Source of the DNA: Octopus sinensis
Lineage: Eukaryota
Length of the DNA stretch: 64,000 nucleotides
Direction of reading: 5' to 3'
Assembly: GCF_006345805.1 (NCBI RefSeq)
Contig: NC_042999.1
Location: forward strand, 104,594,001-104,658,000
How positions within the stretch are numbered: position 1 is the first letter of the stretch; every line of letters starts with the position of its first letter. Below are positions 12,791-24,841 of this stretch, piece by piece. The translations under genes were made by a program, and so were the position numbers. The notes under the pieces were generated by a model. The model did not search any database. It was not told where the DNA came from and saw nothing but the letters and a program-made list of their open reading frames with translations.

Positions 12791-14150
12791 GTACATCACC
12801 ACTAAATTTGCTGGTTTTGTGCCAAAATGTGATAATATTATTACGTAAGTGCAACAACATCAAAATTCTAACTAATATCGCATACCCGTATACTCTCTTT
12901 AAGAGTGTCTCAGATGATTTTAGTCGGTGATGTATACAGTGCCTCATTGCTTAAATTCATTTGAGACCGCAAGTAGAAAAGTATCGATTACTCAATTTCG
13001 AGCTCGATTAGAAAATAGTGTACTTCTATACAAAGAGGGTATAACTGTAATTTGTGCTCAGTAGAAGCGTTAGAAATTCTCAAATGTAGATCTAATTTAA
13101 TTAATCAGTATAATGATTATTGATTCGTTGCTCCCACTTATTCTATTTTTACTTAAACTAACCTAGCTAACTTAGCAAACTTATATAATTGAAATAATAT
13201 TAACAGTTGTGTTTAATTTTACCTTTTAGTACCCTTTTAATTCTCTCAATTGCCACTCGAATGATTTCTTATATCATCAACAAATCATTAATTTTCTAAC
13301 TACTTTAACTTTAATGTATTATCACTTGAAATTCAATTAAAGATGACCCAATATTCTAAACTCGAGTACCAAGATGGTGCATGATATTTTCTGTGACTCT
13401 TTATCAATAGTCACATTTTTATTTGCTTTCTTTATTTTTGTTCCTTTCAAGTCTCATTTCTTTTTCTTTCTTGTTTTCTTTTTTATACACCTATTCCTCC
13501 ATTTATTGGCACCGCTGCGACTGTAGTAGTAAACTGCTTCCTCATTGAACTGTCTAGTATTATCTCTTAAATTCCTTTCTCACCATCAATAAACATGCTA
13601 ACAATGAAATTGACAACCTCTGGAGCTGTCAAATCCCGTCTTTTGCTGAATTTTAGTTGATCAAATGAAAGAAACTGGTATGTCCCTTATCTTCATTATC
13701 AATCTGGGGTGCGCGGCCCTTGGCGAAATATCTCCATGATGGTGAGTAAACATACTATTTAATTTATTGCTCTTATATTCTGCATGCTACCACCTCCCGT
13801 TATATTGGAAATAGCTGAAAATATACTGCAGAATGACTGCTCTTATTTGACCTAGAAAGATAGTATTACCTTAATTGATTATTCTATGAATATACATGAT
13901 TTTTAATATGTATAAAGCAATGTGTAAATTGATGAAATGGTTTCACTAACTATTGAAACGATCGTAACCGCTTAATAAAAGCATGTAATACCATCGTCTA
14001 CATTCCTTCGTTTGTTTACTATTACCCTCTGCAATGTATGCACCAACCGCTTAATTGGTAAATTTCTCAGATTTACAGTTTGTATAGATTACAGTTTGTA
14101 TAGATTTACAGTTTGTATAGAAAGCCTGCAGATTAAATGAATACAATTGT

Positions 14151-14315
<165 letters not shown>

Positions 14316-15124
14316 CGTACACAAAGTCAAGGATCTACTAGAAATAGAAGCTGAACCTCACTCAAATTATACATTACAATTTTAGAAGTGAAGAACACAT
14401 TGAATAATGAAGTCTCTATTTATGAATAAATGACGAAATAGCCGTGACTAGAATGTATTTAATGAAAAGCAAGCCCTCTGATAGCAAACCTGTCGTTAAA
14501 CAACAAAAAGAACCCCATATAGTCGCAGCGTATATATAGATGTGTATTAGTATATCATGACTCTTTCAGTACGAGCCTAAGTTAGTGATTTGTGGATAGC
14601 CTGAAGTATATGAAATAAGTTTCCATTGGAACGAGAAAGGAAGGAATTATCCATGATAAGACATAGTTTGGCGTTATTGTAATTCAAGTGTGAATGTAAT
14701 ATTTTTTATGACAAATCTAGAGAAAACTCATTGGAATATTACCAAGCAAAATGCTTATATTTACTTTCCGCAGCTCGTATTAGGAAGTTGTCAGGAAATA
14801 TGCGAAATCGTCAGTAATAGCTTCTTGCTTTGAGCTAAATTTTATTTGAATTTATTAGAAATTGTTTGCTGAAAGGTATATGGGAGTGGACGAATGAATA
14901 GCGTGTCTCAGTTCCTTTTCCTGCTTTTCTCTCTCTCAACTATCTTTCTGTGTTTTTTGTTTTCATTTTACTCTTGTCCTCTCTTCGTCCTCTCTTTATG
15001 GTTTGCGTAAATGCGTAAATCGGATATATTAATTTTTGAAGAATAAAATATTTGCAATTTCCTGTACTTGAGACACTAAATAATGACCGTATCTCGTAAA
15101 TGAGTGTCATTAAACTTTAGGAGC

Positions 15125-15158
<34 letters not shown>

Positions 15159-15623
15159 TGTGTGTTCATTTGTATGTGTATGTATATATTATTATTGATA
15201 TTATTTTTATTATTAATAAAAACATAGAACCATGTGAAATTCAGCAACCGAATTCTTTTATGGCCGGAACATTAAATTTATTTCGTCATTTCTCAAGCTG
15301 GTAATGTTAACATGATGGGTTAACAAGTCCGTATGAGATCAGTGAGGTTTAAATGAGAACAGATGGTTTGAAAAAGAGAGAGTGATCATGGCGAGATAAT
15401 TTAATGAACAGCAAATAGAACCAGGCTCGTACAAGGGGTGATGATTTCGTAAACAAACACAGGAAGTACAAAGGAAAAAGAAACAGTGGGAAGGTTATTG
15501 GAATGAAAGAAATTGAGATATTTGAAAAAGTGAGATGGGTTATCAGTGTTATATAAATATATCTTCTTTGGTCTTCAGCTCATCACCATTAAGGATGTTA
15601 CATCTATGACGGTTGCTTCGTAA

Positions 15624-15856
15624 AGGTGGCGAGCTGGCAGAAACGTTACACGCCGGGCGAAATGCGTAGCGGTATTTCGTCTTCCGTTACGTTCTGAGTT
15701 CAAATTCCACCGAGGTCGACTATGCCTTTCATCCTTTCGGGGTCAATAAATTAAGTACCAGTTACGCACTAGGGTCGATAAAATCGACTTAATACCTATG
15801 TCTGTCCTTGTTTGTCTCCTCTGTGTTTAGCCCCTTGTGGGTAGTAAAGAAATAGG
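15624..15856 (+). mobile_element. Near-complete tRNA-derived SINE (Nin/Deu-like core)
   Basis: A-box TGGCAGAAACG, B-box GAGTTCAAATTCC, core GCCTTTCATCCTTTCGGGGTCAATAAATTAAGTACCAG, tail CCCCTTGTGGGTAGTAAAGAAATAGG. The core name is recalled, not verified. Confidence 0.88.
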
Positions 15857-15949
15857 TTGCTTCATATAAGCCTAGTTATTGTTGCTGTTATTGTTGTGGT
15901 AGATGGCTCTTCTTGTCTTCGCCAATTATAGCTGGGAGAGTGGATTCTT

Positions 15950-16500
15950 GGGTCTCATTTTTTGCTTCAGACAATGAGGGTTGCGAAATTCTATTATCTG
16001 ACTCATGAGTAGTGTCTGGTATTGTCTTAGAGCTAGAAACAGCCATGATGTGTTCTGTTTTTGTTCTTTTGACCTATCTGTGCAGAACGCTCTTAAGTGA
16101 CGTTTACTCCTATATATGTAATAGCTGGTGCGTGTACTTTGGATGCTGAGTTTTAAGATTTTCCTTTCAGAACCCACTGTAAGACAAAGTTTTGGTACTG
16201 TCTTGGAGTCTTGTGGAGTTATGTCTTTAGAAATCTTACCCTATTACATACCGCCAAATGTGATATCGGCACTGAACATCTGCTTATATCGCGCAATGAA
16301 GGTGACTCATGTTAAGGGCTCGATATCATCACCGGTCTCCCTGATGTTGAAAATTGCATCGCTTCTTCTCAAATACTGCAAATGAGTTTGTGTGCAGGCG
16401 TCATATACAATTAAGCATGTACTGTAGTCCCATTCCCTGTTTAAAAAAATGACACAAATAGTACGACTTTCCATCTGTCTCCCAGTGTGTTCTATATCGG
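15950..16500 (-). mobile_element. Possible L1/Tx1-type ORF1 remnant
   Basis: Minus frame ERKILKLSIQSTRTSYYIYRSKRHLRAFC looks like a decayed knuckle of the form ..EGRRPxCxxCxxxGHxxxxC, in a long stop-poor frame. Confidence 0.35.
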
Positions 16501-16994
16501 GGGTTTTGTTCAAAAGAAAGTTTTCGAAGTATAGCATTTCGTTATTCATTATACATTCAGCTCACTTTGTGCATGTACATTGCTGTTGCTATTTTTAAAC
16601 GTGTTATTTACTACCCTTTGTTTTTCATTGTTTTTATTTAAAAAAAAAATCTGTCGTTTGTTCATTAATACAATTTTAGATATATATTTTCTTTCGCTTA
16701 GTAGTGATTTTAATTTGTTTATTGTTATTTCTCTGAGAAGCGGAACCGAAGAAAGAAGTCATATTTGACTTAGCATTAGACATTAAAATAAAATGGCAGT
16801 ACTAAAAAAACAACATTATTGTTTTTCCCCAGTTAGGGGTAGACCTTCAAACATGCTCTTCAAACGTCTCTGTGAAATATCATCCAAAAATGAAAATTAT
16901 TTCCTTCAGTTACACTTGTAACACATTGAGATTTATTGCTGCAGAAATGTTAACGCGTCTGACGAGATGTCAGCAACAAATCATCAAGATAATA

Positions 16995-17185
16995 GTTTCT
17001 AATTTACGCTCAAGACCGGAAATTTGGAGGAAGTGATTAGTCGATTACATCAAACCTCACCACTTGACTGATACATTATTTTATCAACCCTTAACGGATG
17101 AAAGGAAAAGTTGACCTTGGTGGGATTTAAACGCAGAACGTAATGTGTCTGAAAAAAATACCGCCAGGCAGTTTGTCCAACGCCT
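16995..17185 (-). mobile_element. SINE copy, degenerate
   Basis: GTCGATTACATCAAACC...TTTTATCAACCCTTAACGGATGAAAGGAAAAGTTGACCTTGG is the reverse complement of the SINE core. Confidence 0.8.
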
Positions 17186-17758
17186 TAACGATTTGTTGCA
17201 GAAACATGTTCGATCTTTATCCTTAGCTATCCACATTGTGCCTTTTTGGATAGCAGTTTTAGCCCATCACGTGATGGTCAAGACCATTTAGCTTTACGTG
17301 GACTGTCAACCTTTTAACGTTATAGTCTAGCCAAGTGTCTCAACCCTTATTTCCAGCTAATTCCTTCTATTTCCTTAAGGAGATGCGTTTGTTACGAACG
17401 AGTTTTGATCTTCGATATGAAAACAGTCTATACCACTTTGCCTTTTCAGCGAGGAGAGATTTGTAACTAGAATCTTTGATGCCATGCATTGTATTTTATC
17501 CAACATTTATTTTCAACTTCAAGAAACATTTTGAAGGCATGTAACGTTTCTAACAGAGTTCTAATTGTTATGCCAGTTGATGTATTTCACGTTAGCGTTG
17601 GAAATAAATGTTGCAGTTCGGTCAACACTAACTTGCCTTTGTATTTTTTTAATGATATACCTCCTGATTAATTTTAATCAAAAGATATTATATTATCAGG
17701 GTTGCAGCCACATTGCAGTCATTTAACCACATCGCTAAAGATTCAACCGGCTCGTTGC

Positions 17759-17801
<43 letters not shown>

Positions 17802-17823
17802 TAATAATAATGATAATAATAAT

Positions 17824-18032
17824 CCTTTCTACAATAGGCTCAAGACCTGAAATTTTTTTGGGGGGACAAGTTGATTACATCGACCTCAGTGTTTCACTGG
17901 TACTTAATTTATCGACCCCGAAAGGAAGAAAGGCAAAGTCAACCTCGGCGGAATTTGAACTCAGAACGTGCAGACGGACGATATACAGCTAAGAATTTCG
18001 CCCGGACAGCTAACGGTTCTGCCAGCTCACCG
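17824..18032 (-). mobile_element. SINE copy between two (AAT)n arrays
   Basis: CCTTTCTACAATAGGCTCAAGACC...ATCGACCCCGAAAGGAAGAAAGGCAAAGTCAACCTCGGCGGAATTTGAACTCAGAACG...CTGCCAGCTCACC. Confidence 0.88.
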
Positions 18033-18049
18033 CCTCAATAATAATAATA

Positions 18050-18120
<71 letters not shown>

Positions 18121-18199
18121 GTATTGTCACAAACGAAGCAAAAAATAACAAAACACAAACGATTTTTTTTTTCGAACTATCGCAGAGTGAACAATCCAT

Positions 18200-20709
18200 A
18201 AGTTTAAAAATACCACAAAAAACTATGCCTGGAGATAAATCTATCAAAAAAAAAAAAACAGACGAATACAGATCTGGGAAACTAGGAAAAACTCCGATCG
18301 AGAAAAAATTAGAGAAGAAATATAAAATACGGAAGGACGGGTTTGATGCAGGAATAGAGTTGTTAAAGCAGAGAATCATGGCAAAAAGACAGAAGATTAG
18401 AAGTTTTGTGAACAGAAAGAAGCAGTTTGAGAACAGATTGTTGAAAAATAACCCGAAGCAATTCTTCTGAACGTTAGGAGACAATGGGGAAAATGTTGCT
18501 CCTGATGCAGATCAACCCAAGGAGTTCTGGAGCGGATTATGGGGAAACAATGTGGTGCATAAAAGGGATGCAATATGGATAGGAACTATCAAGGCAGAAT
18601 TACAAGGAGGAAAGAAACAAAGAAACATTTTCATGAGCACAAGTAATGTGAAAGAACAAGTGGGTAAAATGCCTTACTGGAAAGCCTCCGGACCAGATGG
18701 GATGCATGGGTTCTGAAGAGATGCCACGCGGTGCGTGAAAGACTAGCGGCCTAATTGAATGAGTGTGTCCAGAAAGGTACAGACAACATTTACAATGAAA
18801 GATAGCAGAAAGGGGAATATTGTGGGAAACTACCGTCCCATAACATGCCTAACCATAATCTGGAAGATACTCACTGGAATATGTGCGGCAAAATACACTT
18901 TCCTGGCACAGGAAAAATACTACCAAGGGGAAAAAAGATGTAGGAAGAGTTCTCATGGTACCAAGGATCACCTGGTCATCGATAAAAGTTTTGAGGCATT
19001 GAAAAAAACATCATACAAACATATCTATGGCTTAGATTGACTTTAAGAAAGTATATATGATGCCATATTCTTGGATCATTGATTGCCCGCAGTTGTTTGG
19101 CGTTGCTGACAACATCACAAATTTCCTGATGCAGAGCATGAAAGAGTGGAAAACCAAATTGTACTAAAGTAATGTATTCCTTAGAGAAGTTAATATTAAA
19201 AGGGACATCTTCCAAGGTGACTCGTTTTCTCCGTTACTTTTTGTAATTGCACTACTACCCACAAAAATGACACTTAGGAAAGTTAAGATGGGTTACCGAT
19301 GTGGGAAGAAAGGCTCATCATTGAACCATCTTCTGTTTATGGATGACCTGAAATTGTTTGGGAAATCTGAAAAACAGATAGATTCCTTAACCAAAATAGT
19401 CCAGAGGTGTGGTAAGGACATCGGTATAGAATTTGGGATTACCAAATGTTCAGTACTTAATATGAAAATAGGGAAGAAAGCAGCCTGCAGAGAATTGCGG
19501 TTAACATTAAGAGAGACCATGGGTGAACCCAACGGTAGTAGGTATAGATATTTAGGTATTTTGGAGCTTAAAGACATTCTATACAGAGAAATGAAAGTCA
19601 AAATGAGCGAGGCATATACAAAAGGGTGAAGATGGTGTTGAAATCCTACCTGAATGCCAAAGATTTGATTACCGCAATAAATATCGCGCCAGTTGCGGTG
19701 GTCAAATATAGTGCGTCCATCCTAAAATGGACTAAGAAAGAAATAACAACACCGGATAGAAGGACGAGAAATTTGATGACATTGCATGGGGCACTACATC
19801 CTAAAGCAAACGTAAACAGAATGTATATGAAAAGAGAGAATGTTGGCAGAGGACTAATTAGCACAGACCATTGTGTAAGGAGTGAAAGGAGAACGCTTGC
19901 CGCTTTTGAAATTTTTGAAAATAGTGATCAAGGCCTGTTGCAAAATGTCGCGAAAGATATGGCTGTAAATGCAGATTAAATGATGGGCAAGGAAGAGTTA
20001 AACCAAAGAGCTGAGAAGAGAAAAGAAGACCTTCTTGAAATGAGAATGTATGGACAGTTTGAAAGGAATACACAAGACGTTATGGATAATATATTGCATC
20101 GTGGGCATGACTTGAGTGAGATAATTGGAAGCGTACCACCGAAAGCCTGATCATTGCTGCACAAGACCAGGCTTTCACTACCAAGTCAGTGAAGTATAAC
20201 ACCTATAAAACTTCTGACACACAGAAATATAAACTCTGTGGAAAGAGTGTGGAAAATGTGACCCATGTGGTAAGTGGATGTGAGAGCCTTACACAAATAG
20301 AATACAAGCACCACCACGATAAAGTATATGTATATCTTCATTGGGTCTTAAACCGTAAATACCAATATGAAGTAACAGAGAACTGGTATGAGCATGTACC
20401 AAGTAAAGAGGTTGAAAAAAATAACCAAGTACTCCGAATTGAAAGTGGAAATGGCAAGACTGTATGGAATGTGAGAGGGTAATGTAAAAGTGATACCAAT
20501 GGTGATCGGAGCATTGGCCTCAATTCCATTGAAACTTCAAGACTTCTTAAGACAACTGGAAATCCTATGCAATATTGATGTCTTGCAAAAAGCAGCCTTA
20601 TTGGGTACAAGGCACATCTTAAGCTAAGTATTATGTTTGAGGTCCTTGTTGAGGCTCGACAGATGACTAAAGACTCCGTTGCATTTTTTACTTACACTGT
20701 GTTACGAAG

Positions 20710-20710
<1 letters not shown>
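18200..20710 (+). mobile_element. Dong/R4-clade LINE, longest copy: frameshifted RT + zinc knuckle + REL
   Basis: WKASGPDGMHGF, GNYRPITCLTIIWKILT, DIFQGDSFSPLLF, LNHLLFMDDLKLFGKS, YRYLGILE, GALHPKANVNRMY, LCGKSVENVTHVVSGC, HHDKV, PMVIGALA. Flanked by (AAT)n. Confidence 0.95.
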
Positions 20711-20777
<67 letters not shown>

Positions 20778-20780
20778 TAA

Positions 20781-21338
20781 TTATGCCCTGATGCAGTACC
20801 AGGCAGTGGCTCTCATGGCTTCTGTTCTTAACTGATTGGAAGTGTTATCATGTACATTGTTTTGTCTTGGTATAAAAGATGGGCTACAGCAAATATTCTG
20901 CTCAATACCACAGATTTGCTTGTCAGTTGTTTGACCGTAACCAGTTGAGCATGTCCCTTAGTGGCTGACGATATGTGCATCTCTGATCACGAGCAGAAGT
21001 AGTGGAGGAGCATCATAGCCATGTGTTGAGAGGGATTCTTTGGGGTTTGAATAATTCACCTCTGGAAACATGGGTGGTTCTTTCAACATCCTTAAACAAC
21101 CCTTATTCAGGGACCTTTTGAGCGGGATGGGCTACTCAACCTGAAGAAAATTCTAACTTGGCCCCACCTGCAAGGTCATGCGCTGTTTATCTTGATATGA
21201 GATCACCATGTCGCGCACATATGGTAGTGATGCATGTGCCTGGTGTACCCTTATCAGACGGGTAGTCATGATGGGTATATTGGGCTTCGTATATTTTACC
21301 CCAGTGTCACTTTGATGGCATGAACTGCTCTCTCACTC
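20781..21338 (+). mobile_element. Unclassified ~560-bp repeat, copy 2 (longest)
   Basis: Runs from TTATGCCCTGATGCAGTACCAGG to CTCTCACTC with (AAT)n on both sides. No RT, transposase, TIR or clear pol III boxes. Confidence 0.92.
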
Positions 21339-21393
21339 AATAATAATAATAATAATAATAATGATAATAATGATAATAATAATAATAATGATG

Positions 21394-21424
<31 letters not shown>

Positions 21425-21428
<4 letters not shown>

Positions 21429-22212
21429 CCGGAACTACCAGGCCAATGTGATGAAAAATGGAGCAGACCCAAAATGCCGATTCTGCAACGAGATGATTGA
21501 AACAGTGGACCACCTAATCTCTGGATGTAAAGTCTTAGCACCAGTGGAGTATAAATTAAGACATGACAGAGTTGGCCAATATCTCCACTGGCTAATAAGT
21601 CGGCATTACAATATCAAAACTGCCGACAAGTGGTATAATCACCACCCTGAGGCTGTAACTGAAGGAGAAAATGTAACCATTCTGTGGGACTTTCCAGTAC
21701 ATACAGACCGAACCATCAATGCCAATAAACCAGATATTGTTGTGAAAGACCAAAACAATAAAGTTTGCTTATTGATCGACATGAGCATCCCCTTTGATCA
21801 TAATATCTCAGCGAAAGAGTTTGACAAGCTCAGAAAATATAAAGACCTACTCATTGAAATTGAGAAAATGTGGCATCTCAAGGCGGTTACAATACCAGTG
21901 ATCGTAGGAGCACTAGGAATGATCAAGAAGGGAACCGAAAATTATATGAGAATGATCCCTGGCTTACCATCCCTGCAAGAAGTGCAAAATATTGTCTTAA
22001 CTGGTACATCACACGTATTGAGAAGAGCATTGTCGATGTGAGAACTGTTGCTGCTCATGTATTTTAATTTAACTTAAAAAAAAAAAAAATGAACTAACTA
22101 CTGAGTTTGGTTTAATATATACTACCAATATATACTATGAGTTTCTTTGCCCTAGGAGTCGGGAAGACACTCGGCAAGAAATGGAAGCAAATTTGAAAGA
22201 AGAAAAAAAAAG
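21425..22212 (+). mobile_element. Young Dong/R4 copy, 5'-truncated, with intact C-terminal frame and 3' UTR
   Basis: ORF 21361..22041 after the (AAT)n part: CRFCNEMIETVDHLISGC, RHDRVG, LWDFPVHTDRTINANKPDIVV, LLID, KEFDKLRKY, PVIVGALG. Ends in an A-rich tail followed by (TAA)n. Confidence 0.96.
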
Positions 22213-22273
22213 TAATAATAATAATAATAATAATATCTATATATAATAAATAAATATAATAAATATAATAAAC

Positions 22274-22765
22274 ATCATGTACGTTGTTTTGTCGTGGTAT
22301 AAAAGATGAGCCACAGCAAATATTCTGCTCAATACCACAGATTTACTTGTTAGTTGTTTGTCCTCAACCAGTTGAGCATGTCCCTTAGTGGCTGACGATA
22401 TGTGCATCTCTAATAATGGGCAGAAATAGTGGGGGAGCGTCATAGCCATGTGTTGAAAGGGATTCTTTGGGCTTTGAATAATTGACCTCTGGAAACATGG
22501 GTGTTTCGTTCAACATCCTTAAACAACCCTTATTCAGGGACCTTTTGAGTGGGATGGGCTACTCAACCAGAAGAAAATTCTAACTGGGCCCCACCTGCAA
22601 AGTCATGTGTTGTTTATCTTGATTTGAGATCACCATGTCGCGCACATGTGGTTGTGATGCATGTGCCTAGTGTACCCTTATCAGACGGGTAGTCATGATG
22701 GGTATACTGGGTTTCGTATATTTTACCCCAGTGATACTTTGATGGCATGCACTGCTCTCTCACTC
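22274..22765 (+). mobile_element. Unclassified ~560-bp repeat, copy 3 (5'-truncated)
   Basis: Colinear with copy 2 and has the same 3' end, CTCTCTCACTC-AATAATAAT. Confidence 0.92.
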
Positions 22766-23559
22766 AATAATAATACTTTTAAATTCTTTAAAGAATGAAA
22801 GGTACAGTCTACCTAGTTGGGATTTGAAATCAGAACGTAAAGAGCCAGAAGAAAATGCTGCTATGCATTTTGTCAGAGGCGCTACCGATTCTGCCAACCA
22901 ACCAGCCAACCAGCCAACGAACCAACCACCGCCACCATCATTACTACCGCCAGCATTACCTTCAGGATTAGCATCGCCGCTTGTAGTTAACAGCTGGCAG
23001 GTAGGAATTTATGTACGTATGGAGAGAGAGAGAGAGAGAGAGAGGGAGGGAGGAAGAGAGAGGGAGGGGGGAGAGAGCTACGAACTATAGAACGTCTGTT
23101 GAGAAAAAAATATTCCGTAGTTTCACAGAATTTGCAATGTACAATGATAAGGCAAAAATATGTGCTAAAATACGGTTGACGAAACTTTAGTTAAATATGA
23201 AGCGAACTCGGTAGAAAGTTACGACTACTTAATCAAGTAAATGTTGATATACTGGATAATTAGTTTTAGGTCTATGATTTGTGAGTTCAGTTTCAACAAC
23301 GGTTAATGTCTTTTTTTCTTTTTTTTTGCTTTTGAACACTTATTTCAGAAAACATCACGTACTTTTGTGAGAAATATAGTCGTATCTGTATAAGTTGTAT
23401 AGAAACCGGATTTAAATTCAGAACCCTCTTTGAAGCCTTAGGGTTCATGGAATATATGTCAGCGTAGTTGTTTTCAATTCAAACCGGATGCATCAACACC
23501 ACCGCCATAACCAAATTCGTCCTTAGTGTCCTTCAACCTTATCATCCTCATCATCTGTA

Positions 23560-23839
23560 CAACTTCAACTGCCATTACCATCACCACCATCACCATCAAT
23601 ACAATATCGCCAGCACACCCCCATAATCATCATCATCATCACCATCGTCATCATCATCATCATCATCATCAGCTGAAACCACACCACCGCCACGTGAATC
23701 ACTATTAATGACCTAGAACAATTACCGTCATTACTTATGCAACACCCACCTTAATCATGTCATAAACATCATCAATATTACCCATATAACCACCTCAACA
23801 ACAGTTACCACCACCACCACCACCACCACCACCACCACC

Positions 23840-23873
<34 letters not shown>

Positions 23874-24025
23874 TCACCACCATCACCACCAAACCACTAT
23901 TATTATTAGCGCCATTATTTTAACGATCCCATCCACCATCACTCCACACCACCGCCTCCGCCACCGCCGCTGCCGCCGCCGCCGCCGACACCACCACCAC
24001 CACCACCACCACCACCACCACCATT
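23560..24025. repeat. Compound trinucleotide repeat (CAT)n/(CAC)n/(CCG)n
   Basis: Direct observation. Confidence 0.9.
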
Positions 24026-24787
24026 TTCAACATTATCTTCACGGCAAATACCGGAACTGAGTGTTAATGCTTTTATGTTAAAAATATTTTCTGTTTGCCA
24101 AAATTTTCAGTAAACAAAAATGAGACATGGATATTCGTGGTGGCGCCAAAAGAAATGAGAATATATGACAACCAGACGTTTGTCACGTGTACCTTTGATA
24201 TATCATCAACAAATCCTAGCAGAGAATCAGAACTACACTTCGAACTCAATTCATCAAGAATCTATTGCTTCTATGTCACTCACCTCGTTACCTCGTGCAT
24301 TAGCCAGGAAGGGAGCTTTCATATGGAAGCTCACCGCTAGATAGTATGCTTATTACGCAATAAAATAAGGGGACAGTCAAGATGAGGAATCTCAAATAAA
24401 GGCTTAGCTTCTCCTTGTGCCATAGATCTTTACATATATATCTAATGAAACTAACAAACAACTGAATACTCTTTTTTAAAGCCTTCCATCTAGAAACACT
24501 ATTGAAATCATTCTTCTTCTTCTTCTTCTTCTTCTTCTTCTTCCCCGAATTTCGGGCCTTCTGCCTATAATAGAAAGGATTATTATTATTATTATTATTA
24601 TATTATTATTATTATTATTATTATTTGACTTCTTCTTTACATTTTAAATTCATGAAATGTAACTAAAATAACTGTGATTTTAAAAAATATCATTTAAAAT
24701 GGTGTATGGTGGAGTGATTGTGTATGACAGGAGATTTGGTTTCTGATTCCTGTTGCAATCTCGAGGTTTATTCTTGGGTCGACTCAC

Positions 24788-24841
24788 TAGAACAGGCTTG
24801 GCAATGTCCCTTGACTGTGAAGATATCCTACATTGAAATTT
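24788..24841 (-). other. Candidate 54-nt exon of an unidentified host gene
   Basis: Minus strand: long pyrimidine tract ...TTGTATATTCTTATATTTCAG| and donor CTA|GTGAGT. Two frames are open (KFQCRISSQSRDIAKPVL or NFNVGYLHSQGTLPSLF). No homology recognised. Confidence 0.25.

Noticed and set aside
14069-14120. Three tandem ~17-bp units (AGATTTACAGTTTGTAT)
   Set aside because: A simple local tandem duplication without spacers; not a CRISPR array, and no cas-like genes are present.
20781-20860. Short resemblance of the 560-bp element 5' end (minus strand) to U2 snRNA words (ATCAGTT.A..ATC.GA; CCTGGTA.TGCA)
   Set aside because: The two words are about 17 nt apart against roughly 100 nt in U2, and there is no Sm site or branch-point helix; most likely chance. 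An Rfam RF00004 search would settle it.
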